Shown: positions 28,470 to 38,361, numbered from the stretch's first letter. The stretch: DNA of 64,000 nt from an uncultured Fibrobacterota bacterium (GCA_963753345.1 CAVWBU010000021.1:229839-293838); one strand, 5' to 3'. The notes: generated from the letters alone by a model not told the origin. Numbers and translations are program-made.

Positions 28470-29966
28470 TTAACTTGTCTTAGCAGCTAACAATTTGTCA
28501 ATCAGCGCAGGAAGCGGAATTAGAGAAATCGTGGTCTGCTGGTCCGACATCGCATAGGGCACGACAAGCATGTTGTTGTGAAGCAGCGCCCCGCACGTGT
28601 AAACAACGTTGGGAACATACCCCGACCTGCCGGCCTCAGTCCAACGGATGAGAGGCTCCTGTAAACGCCCGAGTATTTTTGCGGGATTCTCTTTGTCCAG
28701 AAGAACGGCGCTTATGGAATACTGACGGAACGGCCCGACGCCGTGGGTGACAAGGAGCCAGCCGGCGTCGGTCTCAATTGGCGAGCCGCAGTTTCCGATC
28801 TGCACGAATTCCCATGGATACGAAGGCTTCATGAGCGGTATGGATTCGTGCCAGAAATGAATGTTGTCGGAGTACATGAGAAAAAGGTTCTCGTTGTCCT
28901 GACGTGATATCATGGCGTACAGGCCGTTTATCCTGCGGGGAAACAGGGCCATTCCCTTGTTGACGGCCGCATTCCCGTTAAGGGTGATCATCTTGAAATG
29001 CTCGAAATTCTCCGTTTCCATCACCTGCGGGAGAATCGCCTTGCCGTCATAGGCGGTGTAGGTGGCGTAGTATTTTTTGCTTCCGTCCTTGTCGGTGAAA
29101 AGAACAAAGCGCGCGTCTTCAATGCCGTTCTGCTCGCTGGGAGAGAGTGGGAACAGGACCCGTTCCGAAAGAGAAACTGAAGGATCGAAGCGCGCCTCAT
29201 AATTGCACCGGGCCAGCCACAGGATTTTGTCGCTGGTGAGCCGGTCGTCCGGGGACACGGGCTTATGGTTGAAGACATATGATTTTACTTTTTCCGCAAG
29301 ATTGTCAAACGTGAATTCATCCGCCAGCGAGCCGATAATCGATCTTGAGAAATCGTTGTAGATATCCATTTCACGGAGTTTCAGGGCAAAACAGGTCTTA
29401 TCATAAAGAGTGTTTGTCTTCATTTCCGCGGGAGAGGCAAAGCCGCGGGGCGCGTCAATGGTTATGGCATGATTCGCGTCGATGCATCCGCTGCGGAATG
29501 TCAACGATGAGATATGGCCTTCGCCGGTCGCCCGCAGGCTCAGGATAAAACGGAGGGAACCCTCGGCCAGTCCCGACTGGTCGGGGTGAGGAACTATTGA
29601 CGGATTGAAAAGCGCAGCGGATTCGAATGAATATTCGGCCAGAAAGAACGAGCCGATGAGAAGCCTTCGTTCCGGCGAAGGCGGTATGTCGGAAGGCATA
29701 TAACGGCGGACAAAATCGAATTGGCGCTCCAGAAGAAGCTCAAAATTATGATGCCGATGTGAAAATTTGCCAAGTACATCCCTGAGTTCTTTCTGTACGT
29801 CGGCCTCTTCGAGCGACAGCACTCTCGAAATGATCCGTTCGACGCGGGACTCGTTGAAAGGAATATGCGGCCGTGCGATAATCCGCCGGCTGTCGTGCGT
29901 AAGGACAATGCCCGTGTCTTGTACGGGGACGGGCGAGGAATCACGGGAAGCATTTATTTTATTCAT
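28470..29966 (-). CDS. Glycoside hydrolase family 130 (mannoside phosphorylase-like) protein
   Basis: ALFNPSIV, GIEDARFV, YATYTAYDG, NKGMALFP, GNCGSPIET and GYVPNVVYTCG; ATG at 29966 overlaps the upstream gene's stop. Confidence 0.9.
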   Translation of the reverse strand: MNKINASRDSSPVPVQDTGIVLTHDSRRIIARPHIPFNESRVERIISRVLSLEEADVQKELRDVLGKFSHRHHNFELLLERQFDFVRRYMPSDIPPSPERRLLIGSFFLAEYSFESAALFNPSIVPHPDQSGLAEGSLRFILSLRATGEGHISSLTFRSGCIDANHAITIDAPRGFASPAEMKTNTLYDKTCFALKLREMDIYNDFSRSIIGSLADEFTFDNLAEKVKSYVFNHKPVSPDDRLTSDKILWLARCNYEARFDPSVSLSERVLFPLSPSEQNGIEDARFVLFTDKDGSKKYYATYTAYDGKAILPQVMETENFEHFKMITLNGNAAVNKGMALFPRRINGLYAMISRQDNENLFLMYSDNIHFWHESIPLMKPSYPWEFVQIGNCGSPIETDAGWLLVTHGVGPFRQYSISAVLLDKENPAKILGRLQEPLIRWTEAGRSGYVPNVVYTCGALLHNNMLVVPYAMSDQQTTISLIPLPALIDKLLAAKTS

Positions 29967-32239
29967 TCCGGTATCGGCTCCTTGAAACTTTCGATAACGT
30001 GGGTGATATTGGTCATCTCGGCCAGGGACAGAAGAAACGCGATGGTGGACTCGGCGCCCTGATTCCGGTTGACCCTGTCCACATGAAGTCCGTCGTAGCA
30101 GCCGCCGTTTGCCGTCTCGTAAAGCGGAATTCCCAGATCGTTCGCCCCCAGAAACCATTGGAACGCCTTTTCCGCTTCGTCGTACCAACGCCTGTCTTTT
30201 GTCGTGCGGTACGCTTCCAGGCACGCAGAAATCGTGGAATACGCCTCGATCGGCTGCTGATCGAAAACAGGCTTGGATGCGCCGCGTTCGAATATTTTGT
30301 CCGTGCCCACGGGCTGAAAATGGCCCCGGGACGAAGTCTGCACTGCGGTGAGCCACTGCAATGAATCTATTCCGCTTGCAAGCATTTTATCATTTGTCAG
30401 GCCCCGGCCGCTCACGATAAGGGCATGGGGGATTTTTGCGTTATCGTAACTCAAGCCCTGCTCAAACCACTTCCACTCGTCGCTGCTGTTCTCCTCGTAC
30501 AGTTTGAGGAGCTTTGTTGCCAGCGCTTCCAGGCTGCTGCGGGCGAACCTGTCGCCCGGAAACCGCTGCTGATATTCGTAGGAGCCGATGAGCGCAAAGG
30601 CCCACGCCCGCGGAGAGGAAAACGATGATACGGGCGTCAGCGCCTGCTCGAAAATCTCCGCCGCCATTTGTGTGAAGCCCTGGTTGGGGGACCGGCTGAT
30701 GCAGGTCCCGAGGGCCCATACCGCCCGCCCATGGCTGTCTTCGGAAAAGTTCTCATTTGTCCATGTGCGCTGGAAGCTGAGAAAATTCCTGAACCGCGCG
30801 GCTTTTTCATCCCAGGCATACCGCACGAACCCCAGGAAACGGCTTGCAAGGTCATTCAGCCTTGTCGAATTGATCGTGCCGAGATTCTCAAGCAATACGG
30901 TAAGGATAAGCGCCCTGGCATTGTCGTCGGTGCAGTATCCTTCGGCGAAGTTGGGGACATTATGCATGGCATGCTGGAATATTCCCATGGAATCGCTCAT
31001 GCGCAGGAAATGGTCGAGCTTGATATCCGGCAAAATGAGCGGCTGCTCGTTGAGCGGACGCATGGAGAAGTTCTTCTGCATGGCCGTCGGCCGTTTCTGG
31101 CGCGCCTCTTCGAACAGGTCGCCGTATTGTTTCGCCACATTGCTCCAAATCATCTCACGGCCGAGCAGATAAGCGTTCTTGCGCATGGAATGGCGTTCGA
31201 CCTCATTCTCGATAAGCCTCATGATCGCCCGGCCCATGGCGCCCGAATCCCCGAACGGCACAAGAACGCCCCTGTTGTCCGCGAGCAGCTCCTCGGCATG
31301 CCAGAACGGCGTTGAGATCACGGCGTTGCCCGCGCCGAAGGAATAGGCGAGCGTTCCCGAGGTTATTTGCGATTCGTCAAGATAGGGGGTGAGGTAAATG
31401 TCGGCAAGCGCAAGCAGCTCTTTAAGCTCTTCAATGGAAACGAACCTGTCGTGGAATATCACATTCCCCGACACGCCGAGTTCGTCGGCCAGAAGCTGCA
31501 GCGAGAGCCGGTATCTCTCGCCCTCATGCCTGAGAAGATTGGGATGGGTGACACCGGCCACCAGGTACACGACATTGGGGTGCTTGCTGATGACGTCCGG
31601 AAGCGCGCGAAGCACGACTTCGATGCCTTTGCTGGGAGCAAGCAGTCCGAAGGTGAGAAGGACCGTCTTGCCTTCCACGCCATACTGGTCCTTGTAGAAA
31701 CTCGGATCAATAAAAGGCACATCGGGAATTCCATGCGGTATCAGACGCACTTTGTCAGTCGGCACTTTGTAAACACTGTTGAGAATCTCAGCGCCCATCT
31801 TGGTCATGACAACGACATAATCGGAAATTGAAAGCAGGACGTCCATAACGCGGCGCTGTTGAATATTCGGATTCTTGAGTATCGTATGAAGCGTGGTAAT
31901 AAGCGGCATTTTCTGGTTGCGCAGCAGGGTCAATACATAGCTGCCCGCTTTTCCGCCGAAAATGCCGTATTCGTGCTGGAGGCAGACGATATCAACGTCA
32001 TTGATATTCAGGAAGTCGGCTGCCGCCTTGTAGGTGTCTATGTCCTGCTCCCTGATCTCGAAACGGACGCGTTCCGGGTATTGATACCCTTCTTCGATAT
32101 CGGTTATGGGAATGGCAAAGCACTGGACCCCGGGATTAATTGACGCAAAAGACTCGCAGATATCCGTGGTAAACGTCGCGATCCCGCATTGACGGGGGAG
32201 ATAATTGCCGATGAACGCGACTTTTTTGATGTTCTTCAT
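29963..32239 (-). CDS. GT4 glycosyltransferase fused to a C-terminal helical (six-hairpin-like) domain
   Basis: PRQCGIATFT, QHEYGIFGG, TFGLL..SKG, SGTLAY; C-terminal YCTDDNARAL, FDQQPIE and NQGAES. Confidence 0.9.
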   Translation of the reverse strand: MKNIKKVAFIGNYLPRQCGIATFTTDICESFASINPGVQCFAIPITDIEEGYQYPERVRFEIREQDIDTYKAAADFLNINDVDIVCLQHEYGIFGGKAGSYVLTLLRNQKMPLITTLHTILKNPNIQQRRVMDVLLSISDYVVVMTKMGAEILNSVYKVPTDKVRLIPHGIPDVPFIDPSFYKDQYGVEGKTVLLTFGLLAPSKGIEVVLRALPDVISKHPNVVYLVAGVTHPNLLRHEGERYRLSLQLLADELGVSGNVIFHDRFVSIEELKELLALADIYLTPYLDESQITSGTLAYSFGAGNAVISTPFWHAEELLADNRGVLVPFGDSGAMGRAIMRLIENEVERHSMRKNAYLLGREMIWSNVAKQYGDLFEEARQKRPTAMQKNFSMRPLNEQPLILPDIKLDHFLRMSDSMGIFQHAMHNVPNFAEGYCTDDNARALILTVLLENLGTINSTRLNDLASRFLGFVRYAWDEKAARFRNFLSFQRTWTNENFSEDSHGRAVWALGTCISRSPNQGFTQMAAEIFEQALTPVSSFSSPRAWAFALIGSYEYQQRFPGDRFARSSLEALATKLLKLYEENSSDEWKWFEQGLSYDNAKIPHALIVSGRGLTNDKMLASGIDSLQWLTAVQTSSRGHFQPVGTDKIFERGASKPVFDQQPIEAYSTISACLEAYRTTKDRRWYDEAEKAFQWFLGANDLGIPLYETANGGCYDGLHVDRVNRNQGAESTIAFLLSLAEMTNITHVIESFKEPIPE

Positions 32240-32323
32240 ATTGCCTTAAATCTAGTTCATGAGGGAATATTTTCCTATTCTCATAGAGGAGGATTGTCTT
32301 TTTGTATCTGATTTATGGTCTTT

Positions 32324-32571
32324 GGTGGGGGAAGTTTACCCCGTCGGGTACTTCCAAGGGTCGTCCCCCTCGCTGCGGCCCGGTCGCACTGATTTACGAG
32401 CAAGAATTCTGAAAGTGCGCGACCGGTCCTCCGGCGCTTTCCGCCCTTCCTGTTGGGCGGGCGCAATCCCCTCGTGGGTAGCCCCCCAGTGAGTTGGTTT
32501 GCGAGAAAGAAACATCAGCTGCGGGGGCACCGAGAAAGAGGGTTGAAAAGTTGACGGTTGACAGTTGACAG
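32324..32571. repeat. Module A of the structured repeat followed by GTTGACA heptamers
   Basis: ggtgggggaagtttaccc..cgggtacttccaagggtcgtccccctcgctgcggcccgg...gggtagcccccc...gggggcacc. Confidence 0.85.
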
Positions 32572-32587
32572 CAGGACAAAAGCAAGG

Positions 32588-32616
32588 TGTCATTGCGAGG
32601 AGTCTTCGACGAAGCA
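32588..32616. repeat. TGTCATTGCGAG...GACGAAGCA short repeat (second copy about 42911-42938)
   Basis: tgtcattgcgaggagtcttcgacgaagca here versus tgtcattgcgagcaagacgaagcaatc. Confidence 0.55.
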
Positions 32617-32798
32617 CCACGACTAGGACCGCACACAAAACTACAGGAGTAGTCGCGTCCGCGAATCTCCCGTGGTTTCTATCGCCATTGGGGTCGAATT
32701 CTCATTGATTGCAATTGATTGCTTGACTCGCGGGAGGCGAAAAGTTGCTTTTTGGAGGGGGAATACATAGTTTTTGGTTGAAATTGCGGGTAGGGCCC

Positions 32799-32875
32799 AT
32801 ATCCGCCGGGATATGAGCAGAAAAGAACGGAGCATCTATGAGGAATCAAAAGCCAAAACAGATTCCGAAGTTTAA
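32799..32875 (+). pseudogene. 3' remnant of a BrnT-family toxin gene
   Basis: Translates ISA-(one base missing)-RDMSRKERSIYEESK..., the typical BrnT C-terminus, and overlaps the brnA start. No 5' part is visible. Confidence 0.65.
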
Positions 32876-33149
32876 AACCGAAGATGAAGAGCGCGAGTTC
32901 TGGGCAGCCCATGACTCTGCGGAATACTTGGATTGGTCAAAGGCGAAGAAGCTGCGCTTCACGAAGCTGCGTCCCTCCGTGCGAAGCATTTCTTTGCGTT
33001 TGCCGGAAGCGCTTCTGGAAAGAATCAAAATACTTGCGAACAGAAATGATATTCCCTATCAATCTCTGATGAAAGTCTATCTTTCGGAACGTGTGGAAAA
33101 AGAGATTGTGGGAAAGCGGCTTGCAGCGCAGCACCATTGGATTTCATGA
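32838..33149 (+). CDS. BrnA/CopG-family antitoxin
   Basis: IPKFKTEDEEREFW..HD..EY.DW, ISLRLP and IPYQSLMKVYL. Confidence 0.85.
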   Translation: MRNQKPKQIPKFKTEDEEREFWAAHDSAEYLDWSKAKKLRFTKLRPSVRSISLRLPEALLERIKILANRNDIPYQSLMKVYLSERVEKEIVGKRLAAQHHWIS

Positions 33150-33284
33150 CGGCTAATATGATAAGCCGTTTGAGGTAATATTGGATGTGCCGTCTATTGT
33201 CCAATACATAATTAGCTGTACATAAACGTAGCAAAATGCATATTTCTTATAAATGACAAACGTGCATCCGGAGGCGACTCCCGA

Positions 33285-34082
33285 TTGGGCACAGAGAAAC
33301 AGACAAAATGCATTAGCCAGCATCAGTGGGATGCGCAGTTGAAAGAACAGCGCAATGAAACTGGTTTACCCGGATATTGGGAATCCTTGGCCGAAAATTG
33401 TAGTCAATGGGGTGCTGAGATTTCTGTGGGACCGTTTTGGATGGCAGCGACTAAAAACCTACCTGAATGGATCAATGAATTCCGCCTAAAATACGAAAGT
33501 CCCCTTCTTACTATGCCGGGTCTGCCGAATTTTGTTGGGAAGGGAATGGAACGAACTAAACAAAAACTTTACGAGCTTGCCATCAATGATAAACTGTTCA
33601 GAAAAAATGCTGTAAACCAGCAAGGTCCACCGATACCCATTCTTAATGATTTGGTTCGTACGCGAATTTCTTGCCAATACATTGATGGAGTCGAATTCAT
33701 TGCTAGCAAACTATTTGAGCTTGCGCGGCAGATGAATTTGACACCAAACAGATGCAGAGAGGGTCGTCTCGAAGGATACTTTGCACAGCATATCACATTC
33801 GCACAGCAGGTTTACTACCGATTTGCTGGTGGCAATGAACCGGCTACTGTCCTTTGCGAAATTCAGGTTGCCACAGACCTGTCTACTCGCATCTGGGAAG
33901 CAACCCACTTAGTATACGAAAAAGCAAGAACAACAGCAGACCATCCTGAGGATTGGCAATGGAACCCTAAAGATCCAAGATTTGTTTCTCGCCAGTTAGG
34001 GCACATGATGCACTTAGCAGACGGTCTGCTTGTTCAATTGAGAGAAGCCATCAACCAAATAAGAGAAAGAGGCTTAAAATGA
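33285..34082 (+). CDS. RelA/SpoT synthetase-domain protein (small alarmone synthetase-like)
   Basis: Motif order K..ERTKQK, DLVRTRI, GYFAQH, EIQVAT, WEATHLVYEK; TTG start after ggagg; AT-rich. Confidence 0.7.
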   Translation: MGTEKQTKCISQHQWDAQLKEQRNETGLPGYWESLAENCSQWGAEISVGPFWMAATKNLPEWINEFRLKYESPLLTMPGLPNFVGKGMERTKQKLYELAINDKLFRKNAVNQQGPPIPILNDLVRTRISCQYIDGVEFIASKLFELARQMNLTPNRCREGRLEGYFAQHITFAQQVYYRFAGGNEPATVLCEIQVATDLSTRIWEATHLVYEKARTTADHPEDWQWNPKDPRFVSRQLGHMMHLADGLLVQLREAINQIRERGLK

Positions 34083-34522
34083 ATATTGCAAACGAATGCA
34101 AGGCTTACGCGAGTATTTACGATTATGATAGACTAGTACAATTGCTTACCTATGCTCAAGAGCTTTCTCCTGAAGAGATTGCCGCCACTATTCCCTCAAT
34201 AAAGTTGGCGACAGACGGTCCTGCTTTGGCTTCCATATTTATTGTAACAAAGAATATGCTTGGTGAAATTAGAGTATCCGGAACGTCTTACGACATCGAT
34301 TTTGTCAATATTAATACGGTCCAGAATTATAGAATATCATCTAGCGAACACACTGTTGACAACGCTGATGGTACTAAGATCAGCTATCAGATCGCAAAAG
34401 TCAAATTTGTCCATTCACTGAGCTCAACCTTTACTTCTGAATTCGAATATGTTGGAATGGATCGCAAGGCGTGGCTTGCCAAGCTTATGAAAACAATCCC
34501 TATTAGTATCCTCTGTCAATAG
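34079..34522 (+). CDS. Hypothetical protein translationally coupled to the SAS-like gene
   Basis: ATGA overlap; same AT-rich composition; beta-rich with a C-terminal amphipathic helix. Confidence 0.7.
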   Translation: MNIANECKAYASIYDYDRLVQLLTYAQELSPEEIAATIPSIKLATDGPALASIFIVTKNMLGEIRVSGTSYDIDFVNINTVQNYRISSSEHTVDNADGTKISYQIAKVKFVHSLSSTFTSEFEYVGMDRKAWLAKLMKTIPISILCQ

Positions 34523-34692
34523 CGACTAATTGTTTTGTTTCATTTAAAACTATCAACAAACATCTTACATGCAGTTTAAGCTAAGGAAAAAACGCGAACC
34601 CCCAACGTCGATTTGCTCCTTTTCTATGCGTTCCGCCGGTTTTCCAGTTTTGTTAGCAAGAAATCGAAATATCATTTCTCCCGGAGCCCTCT

Positions 34693-34833
34693 ATGAAACC
34701 CCTTCTCGTCCTTCCATCCCTCCTGTCAATCATCGCGCTCTCCTTCTCCCAAACTCGCTCTTGCAGCGTGAGCGGCGGCGGCTTTTCGCCCCTTGGAAGT
34801 ACCCGAAGGGTAAACTTCTCCCCCAAAGCATGA
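34693..34833 (+). pseudogene. 5' stub of a secreted-protein gene (signal peptide only) running into a repeat end
   Basis: RBS ggag; MKPLLVLPSLLSIIALSFSQ..., then reads into the module A end and stops. Confidence 0.5.
34789..34828. repeat. Terminal fragment of module A, inverted relative to 32320-32360
   Basis: Reverse complement ctttgggggagaagtttacccttcgggtacttccaagggg versus ctttggtgggggaagtttaccccgtcgggtacttccaaggg. Confidence 0.8.
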
Positions 34834-35079
34834 TCTCTTTGCACGGTGATAGCTGCCTTTGCTAATCCTTGAACCTGCGCCAATAATTAAACGACTATAT
34901 GAATGATTTGGATTAAGGATGCAGGAAATGGTTTTCTTGCAGAAAACGATTTTTGTCGCTTATGCCGCCCGACAGAGTCCCAATAGCGATGATATATTGT
35001 TATTGAGGGCATTTGAAGGGCGGCGGCCCGGTGCGCAACAACCGTCACCAAGATGTTTTCATCCCACAAAGGAGTTTTT

Positions 35080-36469
35080 ATGCGCTACCGAATGGTAGTT
35101 GACTTGTTTTGCGGCTGCCGTCAATTTCCGGTTATATACATGAGCGCAATCTGCCCTCACCGGGAAAGTCCTGGATTATTATTCGAACCCTGTAGGCGGC
35201 GCATATGTACACCTGATGGAGCAGAACGTTTCCGACACCACAAAGAGCGATGGAAGTTTCGTTTTTTCCACCACGGCCGCAATGCGGGCAACGTCCGCTT
35301 CGGCGTCGCGGCCCATTACCGTGAGCAGGGGCGCGGTCGCGCTCCGGCTTGCCGGGCAAAGCGCTGTTGCGCTGGACCTCTTTGATACACGCGGCAGATG
35401 CGTTTCGGCCCTGTTCAAGGGAACCCTTCCGGGCGGAGATCATTCATTTACAATTGCACAGGAGCATGGCGCTACGCAGGTGTTGTTTCTAAGGGCCGTG
35501 ATTGACGGAAAATCCTCCGTGTTTCCCCTGGTTTGCGGAACCGGCAGTTCGATGCAGGCGGCAATTCCGCAAGCTGGTCACGGCGCGGGCGCGCTGACCA
35601 AGAGGACCGCGGACACGCTGGATGCCATTGAAGTCACCTGCAGCGGGTATCAGCCGACCGTTGTGCCGCTTTACGGAGGCGAACAGCAGATTACCATTAA
35701 AATTCCCGGCAACATAGGCCTTTCGTTTGTCTATATAGGAGGAGCGCCGATACCGGCAGTGAAATATGCGAAAATTAATGACACCAATGCGTTGCTTGCG
35801 CAGACCGTGACTGCCACTTTTGGAGACACGGTCTGGGTTCCTGCTCAAAACAACACCAGCCATCACCTAATGGTCACGACGTACGGCACGACAGGATTCA
35901 AGACCGGTGAAGGCGCGATAGATGTGCATGTTCCTGCAGACCGGGGAATAGTCGCACCTGTCATCATTTCCCTGTTTCCCCAGCCCGGCACGGCCCAGAC
36001 CGTAGCGGACCTGCGCATTACCGACCAGGTTTTCCCGTGGCAGGAGCAGGGGGGATCGTACTGGACCGGTCCCGCGGACAGCCTATGGGAGATTTTTGAC
36101 GGAGGAGCCCTCACGTATATCAACGGCGGACTTATCGACTGGATTTATCAGGGTGTGGAAACCTCGCCGGATTCCACGCGTCAGGCAAGTCTTTTTGTTG
36201 GGAATTACGGAACTGCACTCACGGCGACAGCGGAGTACGGTGCACTGAAAACAGGGTACTCCTACTTGATTCCAGTTGAAATCCCGGGATTTGACAGCTC
36301 GGTCGCGATCGCAGAGGTGATCGGGGGAGGGATCAAGGTGATGGCACATTTCAACAAGTTTTACGTGGAATTTTATTTGCAAAATTATGATGCCACGGAC
36401 ACGGACACCGCCCTGGCCGACGCCGTGACTCTGCTCTCGTGGTACCGGATGAGGATTGCGGGGCAATAG
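35080..36469 (+). CDS. Secreted protein with a carboxypeptidase-regulatory-like N-terminus and an internal FlgD/T9SS-like domain; 5' end frameshifted
   Basis: RBS aaggag and ATG at 35080. The 35216 frame extends upstream as AQSALTGKVLDYYSNPVGGAYVHL to a TGA at 35141. Confidence 0.6.
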
Positions 36470-36654
36470 GAGAATTGACGAAGTTGTTGAATCTTGGTCT
36501 ATTCGATCATCAATGAAGAAAATAAAGAGATCAAAGAGTTGGTAGGGGCTGGCCGCCCCTAAGAGCCAAGGAAAGGGCAAAAGACATAATTTATTGCGCG
36601 AAGCGCCACTACCTTACCCTTAAGAAATGAAATGACAAAATGCTTATTATAACA

Positions 36655-36800
36655 ACCCCCGGCGGCCAAAGCGCCGCCACCCCCTTGGAAAGGGGGACTT
36701 CCTCTCCGTAAACTTTCCTGTTGCAACCCTTGCGTGGTTTTTACCGTATAGCATCTCCCCGCAGGAAGAAAGTGACAAAGTAACAAAGTGACAAAGTTAC
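36655..36800. repeat. Palindromic GC repeat plus GTGACAAA octamer tract
   Basis: ccccttggaaaggggg hairpin; agtgacaaagtaacaaagtgacaaagttac. Confidence 0.55.
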
Positions 36801-36831
36801 GGAGTGAAACCACCGCAAATAGATTACTGTA

Positions 36832-36957
36832 CAACTGCTCTCCACGGGTGCCCCCCAGCCGAAGCATGTTCTTGCAAATCAACTTACTTGGGGGCCACCC
36901 CGGAGAGGGGAGTGCCGAGGACCGTCGGGCCGAGGCCGGGGGAGAAACTTCTCCCCC
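36832..36957. repeat. Module A in reverse orientation
   Basis: Reverse complement gggggagaagtttctcccccggcctcggcc..ggtcctcggcactcccctctccggggtggccccc...gggggcacccgtggagagcagttg; closest to the copy at 54263. Confidence 0.85.
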
Positions 36958-37044
36958 ATACGCATTCACTTCTCTAATTCGCAAACATAATTTTCTTTGC
37001 CCCACTCTTCCCCCTGATAGCAACGTATTTTCTTCACCCTACCG

Positions 37045-38361
37045 ATGATGACGCAAAAAGAAACCGCCGCACTTGATATTGTCAAGGCCCTGGCCGCGCA
37101 CGGCCACCGGGCCCTGTATGCGGGCGGGTGCGTCCGCGACATGGTGATGGGAAAGCCGTTTACCGCCGACATCGACATCGCGACGTCGGCGACGCCGCAG
37201 ACCGTGCGTGCGCTGTTCGACCATGTGATCCCGGTGGGAGAGCATTTCGGCGTGGAGATCGTGATGCGCGACGGCATCCCCTTCGAGGTTGCCACGTTCC
37301 GCAGGGACGTGGGGTCCACCGACGGCCGCCACCCGGATTCCGTGGCATTCGCGGATGAAAAGGAGGACGCGCTTCGCCGCGACTTCACTATCAACGGAAT
37401 GTTCTTCGACCCGATAGCGGGAACCGTGCTCGATTATGTGGGCGGCAGGGCGGATATCGAAAAGAGTGTGGTGCGCGCCATCGGAGACGCCGGCAAAAGG
37501 TTTACGGAGGATTATCTTCGCATGGTGCGCGCCATACGGTTTTCCGCGCGGTTCGGCTTTGCCATAGAGCACCACACGTGGGAGGCGCTTGCGAGCAATG
37601 CCGCGGGCATAGCGCGGATTTCCGCCGAGCGTCTGTTCGCCGAATTTGACAAAATCTTTTGCGGTCCGCACGCCGACCGGGCGCTGGTGCTCCTCCACGA
37701 GAGCGGGCTGCTTGCCGTTGTTCTGCCCGAGGTGGAAGGCCTCGCGGGAGTGGATCAGCCCAGGGAATTCCACCCCGAGGGCGACGTGTTCGCGCACACG
37801 GTGCGCGCGCTGTCCTTGCTTGCAAACCCCACGCACGTTGCGGCTTGGGGCGCGCTCCTGCACGATATCGGCAAACCCGCCACCATTTCGGTGAGCGACC
37901 GCATACGGTTTTCGAACCACGACCGCGTTGGCGCGACCATGGCGGCGCGCCTGCTCCGCAGGCTCAAGGCGCCGAATTCCCTTCTGGAAAGCGTGTGCGA
38001 GGTGGTCGACAACCACATGAACTTCATCAACGTGACGAAGATGCGGCTTGCCACGCTCAAGCGGTTTCTGTCTCGTCCCTTCATCGACGACGAACTGGAA
38101 GTCCACCGCGTGGACTGCCTGGCGAGCCACGGCGACCTGTCAAATTATACCTTTGTCAAGGAGAAGCGCGCCGAGCTGCCGGTCGAGGAAATCAAGCCGC
38201 CTGCGTTGATTTCCGGGAAAGACCTCATCGCCATGGGGCTTGCGCCCGGGCCGCTGTTCGGGAAAATACTGGGTGAGGCGTACGATCTGCAGCTTGAGAA
38301 CAAGTTGACGTCGAGAGAAGAAGCCGTGGAGTGGGTTAAAAAGAACTATGCTTCTAAATAA
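37045..38361 (+). CDS. cca: CCA-adding tRNA nucleotidyltransferase family protein with an HD domain
   Basis: GGCVRD, DIDIAT, EVATFR, DALRRDFTIN, EDYLRMVRAIRF, HPEGDV and LLHDIGKP. The exact activity (CCA-, CC- or A-adding) cannot be resolved by eye. Confidence 0.85.
   Translation: MMTQKETAALDIVKALAAHGHRALYAGGCVRDMVMGKPFTADIDIATSATPQTVRALFDHVIPVGEHFGVEIVMRDGIPFEVATFRRDVGSTDGRHPDSVAFADEKEDALRRDFTINGMFFDPIAGTVLDYVGGRADIEKSVVRAIGDAGKRFTEDYLRMVRAIRFSARFGFAIEHHTWEALASNAAGIARISAERLFAEFDKIFCGPHADRALVLLHESGLLAVVLPEVEGLAGVDQPREFHPEGDVFAHTVRALSLLANPTHVAAWGALLHDIGKPATISVSDRIRFSNHDRVGATMAARLLRRLKAPNSLLESVCEVVDNHMNFINVTKMRLATLKRFLSRPFIDDELEVHRVDCLASHGDLSNYTFVKEKRAELPVEEIKPPALISGKDLIAMGLAPGPLFGKILGEAYDLQLENKLTSREEAVEWVKKNYASK

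Noticed and set aside
35141-35143. In-frame TGA as a selenocysteine codon
   Set aside because: It lies in an indel-damaged signal-peptide region with no redox motif or evident SECIS.
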